Source: Hyphochytrium catenoides (Eukaryota > Protista > Hyphochytriomycota). From it: DNA of 64,000 nucleotides. Below are positions 49,013 through 60,193 of the stretch, piece by piece (positions within the stretch are counted from its first letter, which is position 1; every line of letters begins with the position of its first letter). Below the pieces are notes generated by a model that saw nothing but the letters and a program-made list of their open reading frames with translations, searched no databases and was not told the origin of the DNA. Position numbers and translations under genes: made by a program. Location of the stretch: NCBI GenBank assembly GCA_900088475.1, contig FLMG01001570.1, positions 1-64,000 of the forward strand. The letters run 5' to 3'.

Positions 49013-51082
49013 TTATTCAAGCTCAATAAGCTCATCCTCGTCAAACTCTTCCTCTACAATCTCTGGCTCGGTTTGTTCTTCCTCTCCATCTGCAGCTTGA
49101 GCATAGTAATCCTGGGCTGCGCCTTCCATCGAGTCCCTGATATCTCTCTCTTTAGCTGGATCTCCACCTGTCCCTTTCGGCACTCCTTCCTCACCCTCTA
49201 GTCTATTCTCACTCTTTCTGCTTTGCTTCGTCCTCTGCCTCTTGGGCTGTGCTGGAGGAGGTCGTTTTCTAATGGTGGGCATTGAGACGAGTGGGAGCTC
49301 CGAACCTCTAGCTTCTTCTATGAACGAGGCAATGTCATCATACGTAAAAGTATCACGATGAGCCTTCACTTGCACTTTTCCTCTCTGCTGTTTGTCGTCC
49401 GCTGACTTGCCCTCCTGCTTGGCGAAGAAAATGACTCGATGATTGCCTGACGATCGAAGGAAAGAAGTTAGAGCTAATCCCATCAGGTAGCCTCTCCCGC
49501 TGACTAAACTACTGCTAGTGCGTTAGCCTTCGCCCCCGCTCTGTCCTACGGCCTTGTCCAACGTGAGCTTCCCTTATTGAGACAATGGCCAAGATAAACC
49601 TGCCCGGTCTCCTAAAAGCTTCATGTTGAAGCGAACCCTTCCATCAAGTGGTTTTCGCTCCGGGCATACCTCTCTCGAAAGCAGGTATTTTTGACTCTAA
49701 GCTGGTTTCCCATTGAGCGGCATCCAGTTCCGCGAATGTTACCGTCCGGTAACTATCCATCAGCTGCTGGACTGTCGCCCTGTCCTGCTTATCAAACTTG
49801 CTGCCTGCCATAAAGGAAGAGAGGGTTAGTCTACCTGGTAGCAGGACAAGGCAGCAAAGAAGCGTATATAGGAGAGCAAAGCGGAATCATGGGAAGCTAG
49901 GGCCCCGAGAGACCAAAGAGTACAATCAGCTAGCTTTCAGTTGAAAATCAAAAGCCCATAGACAGCTAAACATGAGGGAGGAGAAACAATGGAGGCATGG
50001 GCCTTTTAGACTTGAAGCCCAGTGAGCGAACCAATTCGCTAGCTTGGGATCGGCAAATCGACCATCCTCTTACCTCGTAGCAGCAGGACGCATTGCGACT
50101 TTTTGAGGCACTTGGACTCGAACTGGGTCTGCGACGTAATCTTATACAGGTGCTTCGTGGTTACCTTCAGCACCTCGTCCACCAGCTTTTTGGGGGTGTT
50201 CAGGTAGTACATTGCAAACTACTCAAGCAGGAGAGCGCGCAAAGATGGGCAGGTAGGAGAAGTGAGATTCTCTATTTAGAGACCTCTTGCGTTTTTGAAT
50301 TCTCTGCGTTACTCTCCTTTGCTCTCTCCTTCCTCAGTTATCTCTCTCTCTCACCTCTACCACCTTGCTCGTCCGCCCGTCCATCCCCTTTCCCCTCTCA
50401 TCCGTCACCACCATCAGGCTTCCTGTCCCGTCTTCTCCTTCTTTCCTCTCCTCTATATATCGGTCAACGAAGGACGGCAGTCCCTTACAATTCTCCTATA
50501 GCCTCCATAGCCTTCAGCCTCCTCTAGGGTCTCTTCTCGTGCTTTATACAATTGTACTCTTTACCTGATGGGGTTTGAGGCCGTTGGCCACGCCGAAGAC
50601 AGTGGGCTTTAAAGACCGATTGATGTCGAATCTCTCCATCACTGTCTTCCCAGATGGGAGCTTGGTGTGATCGCAGTCCAATATGCCAATCGAGACACCT
50701 TTCTGGAGGAGTGAGTCGCTTGCCCTGGATAGAACAGGCGGCAGAAAGGCTAGAAACACGTACGGCACCGCACCCAAAAGTTAGCTCTGGCTTTACCAGT
50801 GCTTGGAAAAGGAAACGACGTACCCTTCTCCGAGTCCTTACAATGGACCACCCAGGGTTGTCCGCTCCTAAAAACTCTCTCGAGATCTGCAGGGTTATCA
50901 GTGATAACCTCCACAGCTGGCTTTGTTACTCCTCGAGTGATCTGATAGACCATCGCCGCCACGGCAACAATTATCACGCCGAAGAAGAGGCCGCGGTATT
51001 GCTGGAAATATGCATTCTTCATAAAGTTCTTCCATTCTCCCCGCTTTGATACATCTCCCGACCCTCGCTTACCCTTAGCCAT
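49013..51082 (-). CDS. Uncharacterised type II membrane protein, probable thioredoxin-like folds without CxxC, acidic C-tail
   Basis: TM GLFFGVIIVAVAAMVY, then LERVFRSGQPWVVHC and GILDCDHTKLPSGKTVMERF (Trx/PDI-like F..G.PWVV and .DC elements). Ends EEEFDEDELIELE. Multi-exon. Confidence 0.6.
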
Positions 51083-51788
51083 ATCTGTCCGAGTCTTCAA
51101 CAAGCAAGGGCAACCACAAGGTATTGCCTCTTGTAGAATGCTGCAGTTCGTCTCCTTGCCAAAGAGCGTGCAATCTTCAGCTTGGTAGAGAGACAATAGC
51201 CTCGTGCCCTTGCCCTTGGGAGTCTTTACCGGCCGAAGTGACAGGCAGGCAGGCAGAGGTTCCGNNNNNNNNNNNNNNNNNNTTCCTGATTTTAATATGT
51301 AGTCCTGGTTCTCATTCTTGAGGGTGTAGGCGAGATCATGAATACCAAGTCACTGTTACTATTGTTCCGCCACGGTAGAAGCAGCGGCAGGAGCAGATGG
51401 GGAGGACGAGCGAAGTCGCAATACCTCTCATCATAACCGCAAGCATCTATGACAATGTGAGCGGCACGGAGAAGGAAAGAGGAAGACTGGGCGTGATATG
51501 CAGACGGCAATTGCCTAGACGGAGAAGACATAGAGGGACAAGACGGACGCAATGAGCTCTGAGAGACAAGAACCCAGGACAGAGACTTCCGAGGGTGAGC
51601 TTATAGAGTCTGCGACGGGTAACGGCCCTTAAAGGATCAGCAATGGTGCTATCGTGAGGATGGCAACGTACAGACTGTCTCTGTTTTGACTGTTGCTCCC
51701 TTCATACCAACGGAGGCGAATGCAAGTTGAATTGTCGGTGTCAGTATAGCAGACCGCTCGGGAGCGCTAGGCTCGTCTTTGAGATACC

Positions 51789-53859
51789 ATGTTGCCAAGA
51801 CCGGCTTCCGGGCAGCTCGCACAGGACGACACGGGCCGTGATGCCCTGACCCAAAGCACAGTCCTGCAGGCGGGAACCAACACTGTCTTTTCTTTTCTGC
51901 TCCGCGAGAACTCTAGTGCTCTAGCGTTTGGAGAAAGCAGGATATCACAAAGCCCAACTGCTTCCCGTATTCCTACGCAGGTAGAGGGCCCTATCTCAGA
52001 AGCTCCTGTTCAAGGGCTAGAAGTCCAGCCTTTGTTAGCCTCAGAAACAGATTCAGAGAGCAGGCCTCTTACTCCTATTCGGAGGCCACGAACGAGAAGA
52101 AACGACAGCCAGGATGAAGGCAGATCACGCTCAGGGCGAGGAGAAGATGCAGGTCGTGCTTTATCACATCTGCCGCCTCCTACATAATGACCATCATCAC
52201 TAAAAGGCCACCCTATTTTTGATTTGCAGATACTGAGCAGATGAGGGATGAGCTGAGGACGATAGTGTTCAAACTGCAGAACTTCTTGCCCTTTGTGTTA
52301 ATTTTCCTATGTCATTTTTACTATCAGCATGCGAAAGGTAGAGAGCGGAGCACGATTCTGCAAGTACTTGCTTCACACATACCTTCCACTTGCTGCTCAC
52401 TGAACTTTTTCGTCCACTCATTCCAACGCCAGCACCGCTAAGAAATGTTGTCTATATAGGCATATCAATGGCTATCATGGCCACCGCTGCCTTATCTTGG
52501 CTGGATCAGCGCTTCAAGGGACAGGTGGCGCTTAAGGTTGGATGGACCAGCAACTAGCGATAAATGACTTAGAGCCTGCCTAACCGTCTTTTTGATATTG
52601 ACTTAGGAGAATGCAAGCCTACGATCCCTCGTAGTGATTGTGTTCTTTTGCGTGGTCTACTGCTCCTGCCTTTACCTTATAGAGCAGAGCTCGCCGTGGT
52701 ACAGCTGGTACAGTCTGACCTTCGACTCTAGCGAAGATAGTGTCTCCTTGTGGGACGTTCTATGGGTAGTAGGAACAAATGGTAGGGCAAGCTGCTTGAT
52801 GTGCTTTGCAGTAGTGCTGGTCTAAGTTTTCCAATGTACACTTCTTTTCATCTCTGCCTTGCCCTGGTCCGTCTTGGGCTTCTGTGGATCTTGCCTAGAC
52901 TTTATGCTCAGGGTAGCGAGTATTGCGGTGAAGGCCACCGTCACTCTTCTAAACTTTGACCATAGGTAAGCCCATTAAGAAGAAGAAATGGCCACTACTC
53001 CTTTAACTCTATTTAACCTATAGGAAAGGCGTTTGCCTTGTTCAGCGGCCACAGACTGACGTTAGCGCGGTTAGACGACCTGCAGCTCCACAACATCGGA
53101 AGAATGTGAGCTGGCCTATTATCATTTGGCTGCTCTGAGACTCCACACACGTGCTGAATCTTCGCGTCTCTCTTTCTTCTGCTACTTCTCCTCCTTGTCT
53201 TCTGCAGCGGCGTATGTACGCATTCATCGAGTATAGCTCTATATTTCTTAGGACCTTGGTATCAACAGGACCGTGGTATCGTTTCTACTTGGTACGGACA
53301 AGATTTCCCTATTACCAGCGTTCGACACTCAACCAACGGATGTAATTTTTCTGATATAGGGATCCAACTCGGCAAAATTTGCTGGAAGTTTCTTTAGCTC
53401 CTTTTACCTTATAATGAAAGGGCTGGTACTTGGTAACCAAGCCCGAAGACTTTTCACGGTGGCTAAAGTGGTAGGGAAGTCAGGACTGGTGAGTGCAGTT
53501 TTCTAAGGGCTGCAGGAGCCTCTATTTATGAGAATTCCGCTTGTCAGGAGTATGGCAAGTATGTGACCACAAGCGAGTTTGCAGAAGCGGGATCCCCAGA
53601 CTGCTCTATCTGCTATGAAAGGATGACGCAGCCAGTGAGCTTTCCCTGTGACCACATGTTCTGTGAAGATTGCGTCAGTGAATGGTAAGCAACTTGACGC
53701 ATTCAGAACGCCATACTTAACCTAACAAATGATGTCACCAGGCTGGAGAGAGAAAGAACTTGTCCCTTATGCCGTGCTGACGTTGTTCCTGAGGCGGACA
53801 AATCTCTGAAGCTCCAATATTTGGACGGCGGCACATCCCTATTTCCGCAGATGCTCTAG
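51789..53859 (+). CDS. RING finger and transmembrane domain E3 ligase (RNFT1/2-like)
   Basis: LPFVLIFL, FKGQVALKE, LWDVLWVVGTNDF, FIEYSSIFLRTL...PWYRFY. C3HC4 RING CSIC...[25 protein letters not shown], ending DGGTSLFPQML. Confidence 0.9.
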
Positions 53860-55066
53860 TCATTAAGCTTTTTCACATCCGTCACATGTTGTGCAGCTTT
53901 TTGCGTCCTTTTCTGTTAATGACTGCCAAACGGAGCTCATCTTACGGCCTTGCGGGATCAAGCTATGGGTGAAAGGAAGGACAGCACAGATGTAAATAGC
54001 CCAAATAAAATTGAATCATGTGTGCCATTTTGAGACTTTGAGACCAAGCCTTTCCTTACACTTTTATACAAGCTCCATAGGTACAGTATGGTAGCAACGT
54101 GTTACTCCGGCATTGCTTCGTAAACCTTAAACCCTCTTGAGAGAGAGCGTGTGCCTCCTTCATTGTTGATGCACCACAAGCATTGTGGTGCCTGTCAGGA
54201 TGGCACGATGGGCTTTGAATGAGTTGACGAAGGTCATGGCAGCTGCCATAGCGGCTAAGGAATGATGACAATGTGAACGGACGAAGGGTCAAGGTTCCGT
54301 GATGGCCACGAAGGTGTCACGCTCTTCCTAAGGGAAGGATTGGACTAGGAATCATCATTATTTTTGACACCTTTCTTGCCGACGCGTGGAAGAATCATCA
54401 TTAACTTTAGTGATTATCAGTCTTGAGACCGATAAGGTTATCGATAGTCTTGAAGGATCCCCACCCACACTCTATGAACATCCAGACTCCACAGTCCAAG
54501 ATGGGGCGCTCCATCCTTCCCTACCACCAATGTTTCATTTCAAGAAAGAAAGAAATCTATACTGGTGTGACTGTACAGAGATAATGATTTCCAGTGGCAC
54601 TGAAATGTTTCCCGGTGGGTTTTGATGGAGTAGAGGAATGGGTGGGCTTGACCCAAAATGAGAGTAGGGTTGAAACAATGGCTTTGGGAGGCCAAACGTA
54701 GAAGAGCCATTTCCTAGTCTGAGTTGGCTGTTGACGTTCATGAAAGTATCTAACTAACCAAGACAGAGTAAGTCCGAGATGACAAACCACAAGCAAGAGA
54801 GATGAGACTAGTACCAAGACAGAACAAGCATTATGTATACTGTATATACACTATGCCAAGACGGAGAGAGCAGTCGGGTGTGAATGAGACTGGTCTGACT
54901 AGCATAGAGAGAATGTGCAAGAGATGGTGGGATATAGGCAGAGCTGAGGAACTGAGGGATGTGGCGCAGGAAGAAGGAAGAGGAGGAGGAAAGCCATTTA
55001 CAATAACGCGCTCACCTCAGATCCTTTGCACCAGACAGAGCTAACCCCGAGCAAAACCCCATCATC

Positions 55067-55070
<4 letters not shown>

Positions 55071-55108
<38 letters not shown>
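55071..55108. repeat. (GA)n microsatellite abutting an assembly gap (55109-55160)
   Basis: Pure GA run followed by Ns. Confidence 0.95.
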
Positions 55109-55732
55109 NNNNNNNNNNNNNNNNNNNNNNNNNNNNNNNNNNNNNNNNNNNNNNNNNNNNTGGTCTTAGCCGTCCACCGCTAACGTCTGAGGGTAAACCC
55201 TTCCCTGAAGCTCAGCATTGCGCTTCAACTGCTTACCGAGGCCCAGCACGTATTGCAAACGATCTGAAGCTCCAAAAAACTCTAAAAGTTAGGAAGCAAC
55301 GAACCAGTCTGAGGCTGAGCTCGTCTACCTTTTATTTGACTCTGTGGAAGCGCTCGGAGGTGATCCTCGGGCACTCCAACTGGGGTTAGAGTCCTAGCAC
55401 AGAGGCCTGGTACCCGCTTCCTAGAGAGTAGAGTGGTTCGACGCTCAGGACCACTTTTCGGTAGCTTCAATGGAAAGGAGAAGGCTCCACAGTCTACTAG
55501 CCTGCCGGAAGTGACTTGCTAGTGTTGTGGGGTAGACTTCCAGGGAGGAAAGATCTGTAGAACAGACTTAGGGAGTAGGGAGCAAGCTTCTCCCTTTCTC
55601 TCTGATCCCACCGTGGGCTGGAAACAAGGTCAGACAGTGACTAGGCACTTGAAGTGCAAGGTAGGATGCAGCAGCACATCTAAGAGCTTTCTTAGTGGTT
55701 CTTATAGCCCTTTTTCAAGGCGTCTGGCTTGC

Positions 55733-56676
55733 ATGGGCGACTCTTTCTTTATGGGGCAGTCGAAGTCGAAGGCGGATGAATCGATGTACGGTCAAGGAAT
55801 ATACGCTGTGGCTCTAAGCTTCGACAAGCAGACAGAATTAAGGTGCAGACACTTACCAGTTTGGATTGGTCTTGCCGCCTCCCACTTCCTCTGCTTCTGT
55901 CTACTTTCCCTTTCCTTGATCCTCTACAACCTGTGAACTCTTTACGATTTTGCCTGCGCTCGTGTCGTCTTCGTACTCTAGGTCTTGATGCCTCGTGTGT
56001 CTATCAGACTCTCCTTGTCGGCTCGTCCTCTACGTTCGCTTGGACCTCGCTACTCCTTCCATCTATCTCAGGCTTGCCACTCGGGCTCCTAACAACGTTG
56101 CCATTTCCTTTCTCCCACCTCCCTCCATTTATGCTTCTCTCTTGAAGATATGATGGAGGTGAAGAAGTTTGCATTGGGACCCGGTCCAAGTTGAGGCTCT
56201 TGAGTGCGGAGGCCACCAAGGGAGACTTTTTCAAGCGTCTAGGCCTCATGATACAGACCAAAGGCAACAGGGTTTCGCGCAATGCAATAGTCATAGTGAA
56301 AGACTATTATAGGTTAGTCAACGGCAAGTTAGTCAAAAGAAATAGTCAACAGGGCACCACTCCGAGCGCATGGACTGGAGACAAGGGACCCGCTGAATGT
56401 AGTGGGGCTGTGCGATGTGGTGACATTATCTATGCAATCAACGGCCGGATGATGGTGAACAAGACCAAGTCCCAGGTCTCTAAGATAGTTAGAGACATAC
56501 TGGACAAGGGCGATACGCTTATCGTTACTTGGAAGCACAGTGAAGCAGTGAACCAAATTCCTTGGGAGCAAGAGATTCCGCTAACTCCTCCTGATGGGGA
56601 ATACTGGCAGCCTTACAAGGAATGGGGCATCATCAGACCCTCCGAGTTCCATCAGCCGTCGTCAATCACACTTTGA
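55733..56676 (+). CDS. Small PDZ-domain protein (2 exons)
   Basis: Exon 55733-~55842 splices to 56148. KRLGLMI (GLGF-like loop), GPAECSGAVRCGDIIYAINGRMMVNKTKSQVSKIVR...LIVTW matches the PDZ pattern GPA..G.L..GD.I..ING. Confidence 0.75.
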
Positions 56677-57045
56677 GGAAGCCCTCTGGAGCGCGCAGGG
56701 GAAATCTGCGTTCCACCAGCTAATTATAGTGGGTCTGCAGAGGAGTCTTAGGCAATGGAGCTCAAGTGTCTCTTCCGGCACCGTCTCCCTCTCTCTTCAA
56801 TCTGCTTTGCTCTTTCATCACCGTCTCATCACTGCCTTTCAGTCGGATTTGGAGAACTTCCTCCGTTTGCTTATCTCTTCTCCTAAACACCTAGGGCCGC
56901 TCGTTATACCCAGGAGCTACTTTCTCCAACAGGTTCTTACGATGTCCCATTTCGTTAGGCAGCCAACACTTTTTCCTTTCATCTTTCCCTCCATGTAAGG
57001 CTTTGAGTAGGCATGTCTTTTTAACATTAACAGCACAAGGCCAAT

Positions 57046-58536
57046 TTATCGTACAACTTTGGATCCTGGGCTTTTAGCGCCGCTGTCCCCACTATCTGAG
57101 GTCCCCTCCTCTACGCCTCGTTCGTTACTAAGGAAATCTGAGAGATATGTCCGATCCTCTGGTCGCCATGCTCTGTCCGTGCCACTCCATTTTGTACCTC
57201 CTTGTATCTTCTCAGCAATTTGATAGTCCTTGCAATACTTCTCTACGACTGGCCCTACCATGTGCACGACTCCTCTCCCTTCCATCAGGTGCCGCCTTAC
57301 TCTGTGAGAAGAAGTGGCGTCTAGCTCGGCTGATAAAACGGCCTTGTCTTCAACTAAATGCAGCATGCCTGTCCATCTGGGGCGTCATGTGTGTGAGACA
57401 GTATGCAAAAGGAAGAGCAGGAAGAGGGGAGGAGCGTGGATATGAAGGAAGCACACGTAGGCAGTGAGTAAGAGCTCTTCCTACTTTGAAGAGAGCTGCT
57501 TTCGCAAAGAATCCATCTGACTGGGTCGCGTCACTACGACAACGTCAAATCCTTCAGCTTTCAAAGCCGGCTGGCTCAGTTTGCAAAGGGTGTTGGGACC
57601 ACAAAGATACATAACACGGAACCTATGGCCTTGGAACTGTTTTTCTAGGATCTACCAAGCGCAAATGCGAGGAACAACAAAGAAATGTGATGTAAGGATG
57701 ACGAAAAGAGAAGCAGTTGACCCTTCTTAGAGATGGAGCACTTGCGAAGAAAGAGAAAATGGGAAGGTAACTACTGACGAGCTTCATATAGAATTTATCT
57801 GAAGAGGCTGAACTGACCTCTTTGCAGTGCTTCAGTGAGCTCAGGTAGTCAAGCACCCGTCGCCGAGTGATCTATGAGCGGAGTGAATTGTAGACATGTA
57901 AGGGCATGAGAGACAGACGAAGTGGAGGATGAAAGGATAAAGGCGTATAGGTAATTTGCCCAGTGAGATCAAGTAGCAGAGAATTAGCGCTGGACATACC
58001 TCCCACTTGTCCACACCTATCCAAGACGAAGGATCAGTAGCCAGCTCAGCCATCCGGAGCCTGTGTGGGGCTGGGATCATTTCTTTGACAATATTCCGAG
58101 TCTTTAACCGAACTGTGAAAAGTTAAGAGGGAAGGCTGGTCAATGAGCGAAAAGGCCTTCGATGAACATAGTAAAGGCGAGCAAGGCAGGCAGAGAGGAT
58201 GGGAGAGACAAAAGAGAAGGATTTAGCCCGTGAGAGGCCAGTATATTTGTAGGATTGAGTCGAGAGGATGCCCCCTTTCAGTCTGAACCCACCGTAGGTG
58301 TCATGACAGGGTGAGACAATTCCACCAGCAACAACACAGCCCGTGAACCTGTTCTCCAGATACTGCAATGTGCAGTAAAGATAGTGGAAGGAGAGAAGGC
58401 CAAGGTGAGTGGATGAGGTAGAGCTATAGAAGGTCCGACAACCCAAGAGTGGAAAACAGAACGGAGAGGAACCAAGAGCGGCCGCATCAATGAAAGAGGA
58501 GAAAGCAGAGAAAAAGAGAGAGAGAGAGAGAGAGAG

Positions 58537-58575
<39 letters not shown>

Positions 58576-58988
58576 AGAGAGAGAGAAGAGAGAGAAAGAA
58601 AGCATAAGAATCGGCACCCCACCGCTTTAGCAAGGTGGAAGGCTCTAATATGCATCATATGTATGGGATTATATGCCCCAGACTGCAGGAGGACTATCCA
58701 CTGCCCTCCAGGAGGAAGCACGCTGCGAGAGAGTGAGAAAGCAATTTTGGCAAGGGGATATGGAGCCAGTGGAGGCGCTTCGACGAGAGGAGCTAAAGGG
58801 TGAAGAGAAGCTACCGTCTCGCGCCCTTCCTTCTCATTCTCTATGACTTGTTGGGATGCACTGCATCCTTGTTCTTGCTTCTTTCCTAGCTCACAAGGCA
58901 GGGGGACCGCAGAGCTCAGAAGTAAATCCTGTCTGCTGACGAGAGCCGGCAAGCCTTCAGCTTTCTCTCTGTTCGGTTCATTGCTCAT
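57046..58988 (-). CDS. NMNAT-like nucleotidyltransferase (cytidylyltransferase fold), divergent
   Basis: SGAYNPIHMMH, GGIVSPCHDTY, HRLRMAELA...SSWIGVDKWE, LCGPN, VVVTRP, SSHRVRRHL...VGPVVEKY. Multi-exon; start uncertain. Confidence 0.85.
58515..58595. repeat. (GA)n/(CT)n microsatellite within an intron of the NMNAT-like gene
   Basis: Visible dinucleotide run. Confidence 0.9.
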
Positions 58989-59880
58989 TAAAGGCGAGAG
59001 AGCGAGGATAGGCGTCGTAGATGGTCCTCGCACCAGTTCCTCAGACGCTTGACTCCGCTCCTGAAGAGATGGAGTTAGTCGTTGCCTCCATATCTATCTC
59101 TTGACATTCCTTGCCCTTCTCTTCTCCCTCCCTCTCTCCCTCCCTTTCTCTCTCTCCCTCTCTCTCTCTCCCTCTTCTATCTCTCTCTTCCTCTTCTCTC
59201 TCTCCCTTGTTAGTGACTGTTAGATGGCGCCTGACTCTGAGATTCAGACCTCTGCGACATACATTTGCTTCACACTAATTCAAATCCTGTCCTCTTATGT
59301 TTCTCTCTGCATTGACTTCCCATCGATGCTAGGGTACGACCTGTGACGCTTAGGGCTTACCTCAATGGTCGAAGGGAATTGTGGGTCTAGGGCCTTTGGG
59401 AACACCATCGCCCTTCTGCTACCTCAGCAGCTAACCATCAGCCTGCTCATAAGAAATTGCGCTCTCTGTTTGGTTCGCATCTTCTAAGTTTATGAGTCCA
59501 GAAACGCTTTACAATGCAGCACGAGTCTCTTGGAAGTCATTAGGCTAAAAGAGACGAAGACCGTAGGAGCCTGAGATAGCCTCTCGGAGATGAGAGCTCT
59601 CCTGGTTGGTGGCAGGGTTTCGATGACTAATGTGAACGATGGCTGTGACCTCGCGTCTGGCGATGAGGCTGTCAGAGACTATGGCGATATTACTTTTCGC
59701 TTTCTTGAGGTCTCTCTATGTCAATCTCTCTCTTTCCTCTCTCTCTCTCTCTTTACGGAGCTACTCTACTTTTGCTATCACGTCGAGCCGCCCTTCATTC
59801 TACGCTTCTCTCCTTCTCCCTTCGTCTATCCCCTCCATCTTGATCTTGTTTCTCTCCCTTTCTTGTTTTCCTTCCCTTCT

Positions 59881-59907
59881 CTCTGTCTGTCTCTCTGCCT
59901 CTCTCTT

Positions 59908-59998
<91 letters not shown>
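59881..59998. repeat. Long (CT)n microsatellite
   Basis: About 118 bp of near-pure CT repeat. Confidence 0.95.
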
Positions 59999-60002
<4 letters not shown>

Positions 60003-60193
60003 TCTCTTCCCCTTTATTTGATCCTCGTCTCCTCCTAGGCGCTCTTATGTCAGATGCTGTCTCTGTGATGGTGACGCTCTGCTGCCCTGGAGAACTACAA
60101 CAAGTCCGTTACTGAGTGTTAAAGGGGAACTTCAAGGTCCGAGGGGACCTCTGACGCTGTACCTGAGAACCTTTTATATGGAGTATCTATTAT

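Noticed and set aside
54386-54625. FHFKKERNLYWCD resembling a Copia pre-integrase linker
   Set aside because: A single short motif with no integrase, RT or LTR nearby.
59041-59091. 16-codon upstream ORF before the NMNAT-like gene
   Set aside because: The TSS and true start are unknown, and such short ORFs arise by chance.
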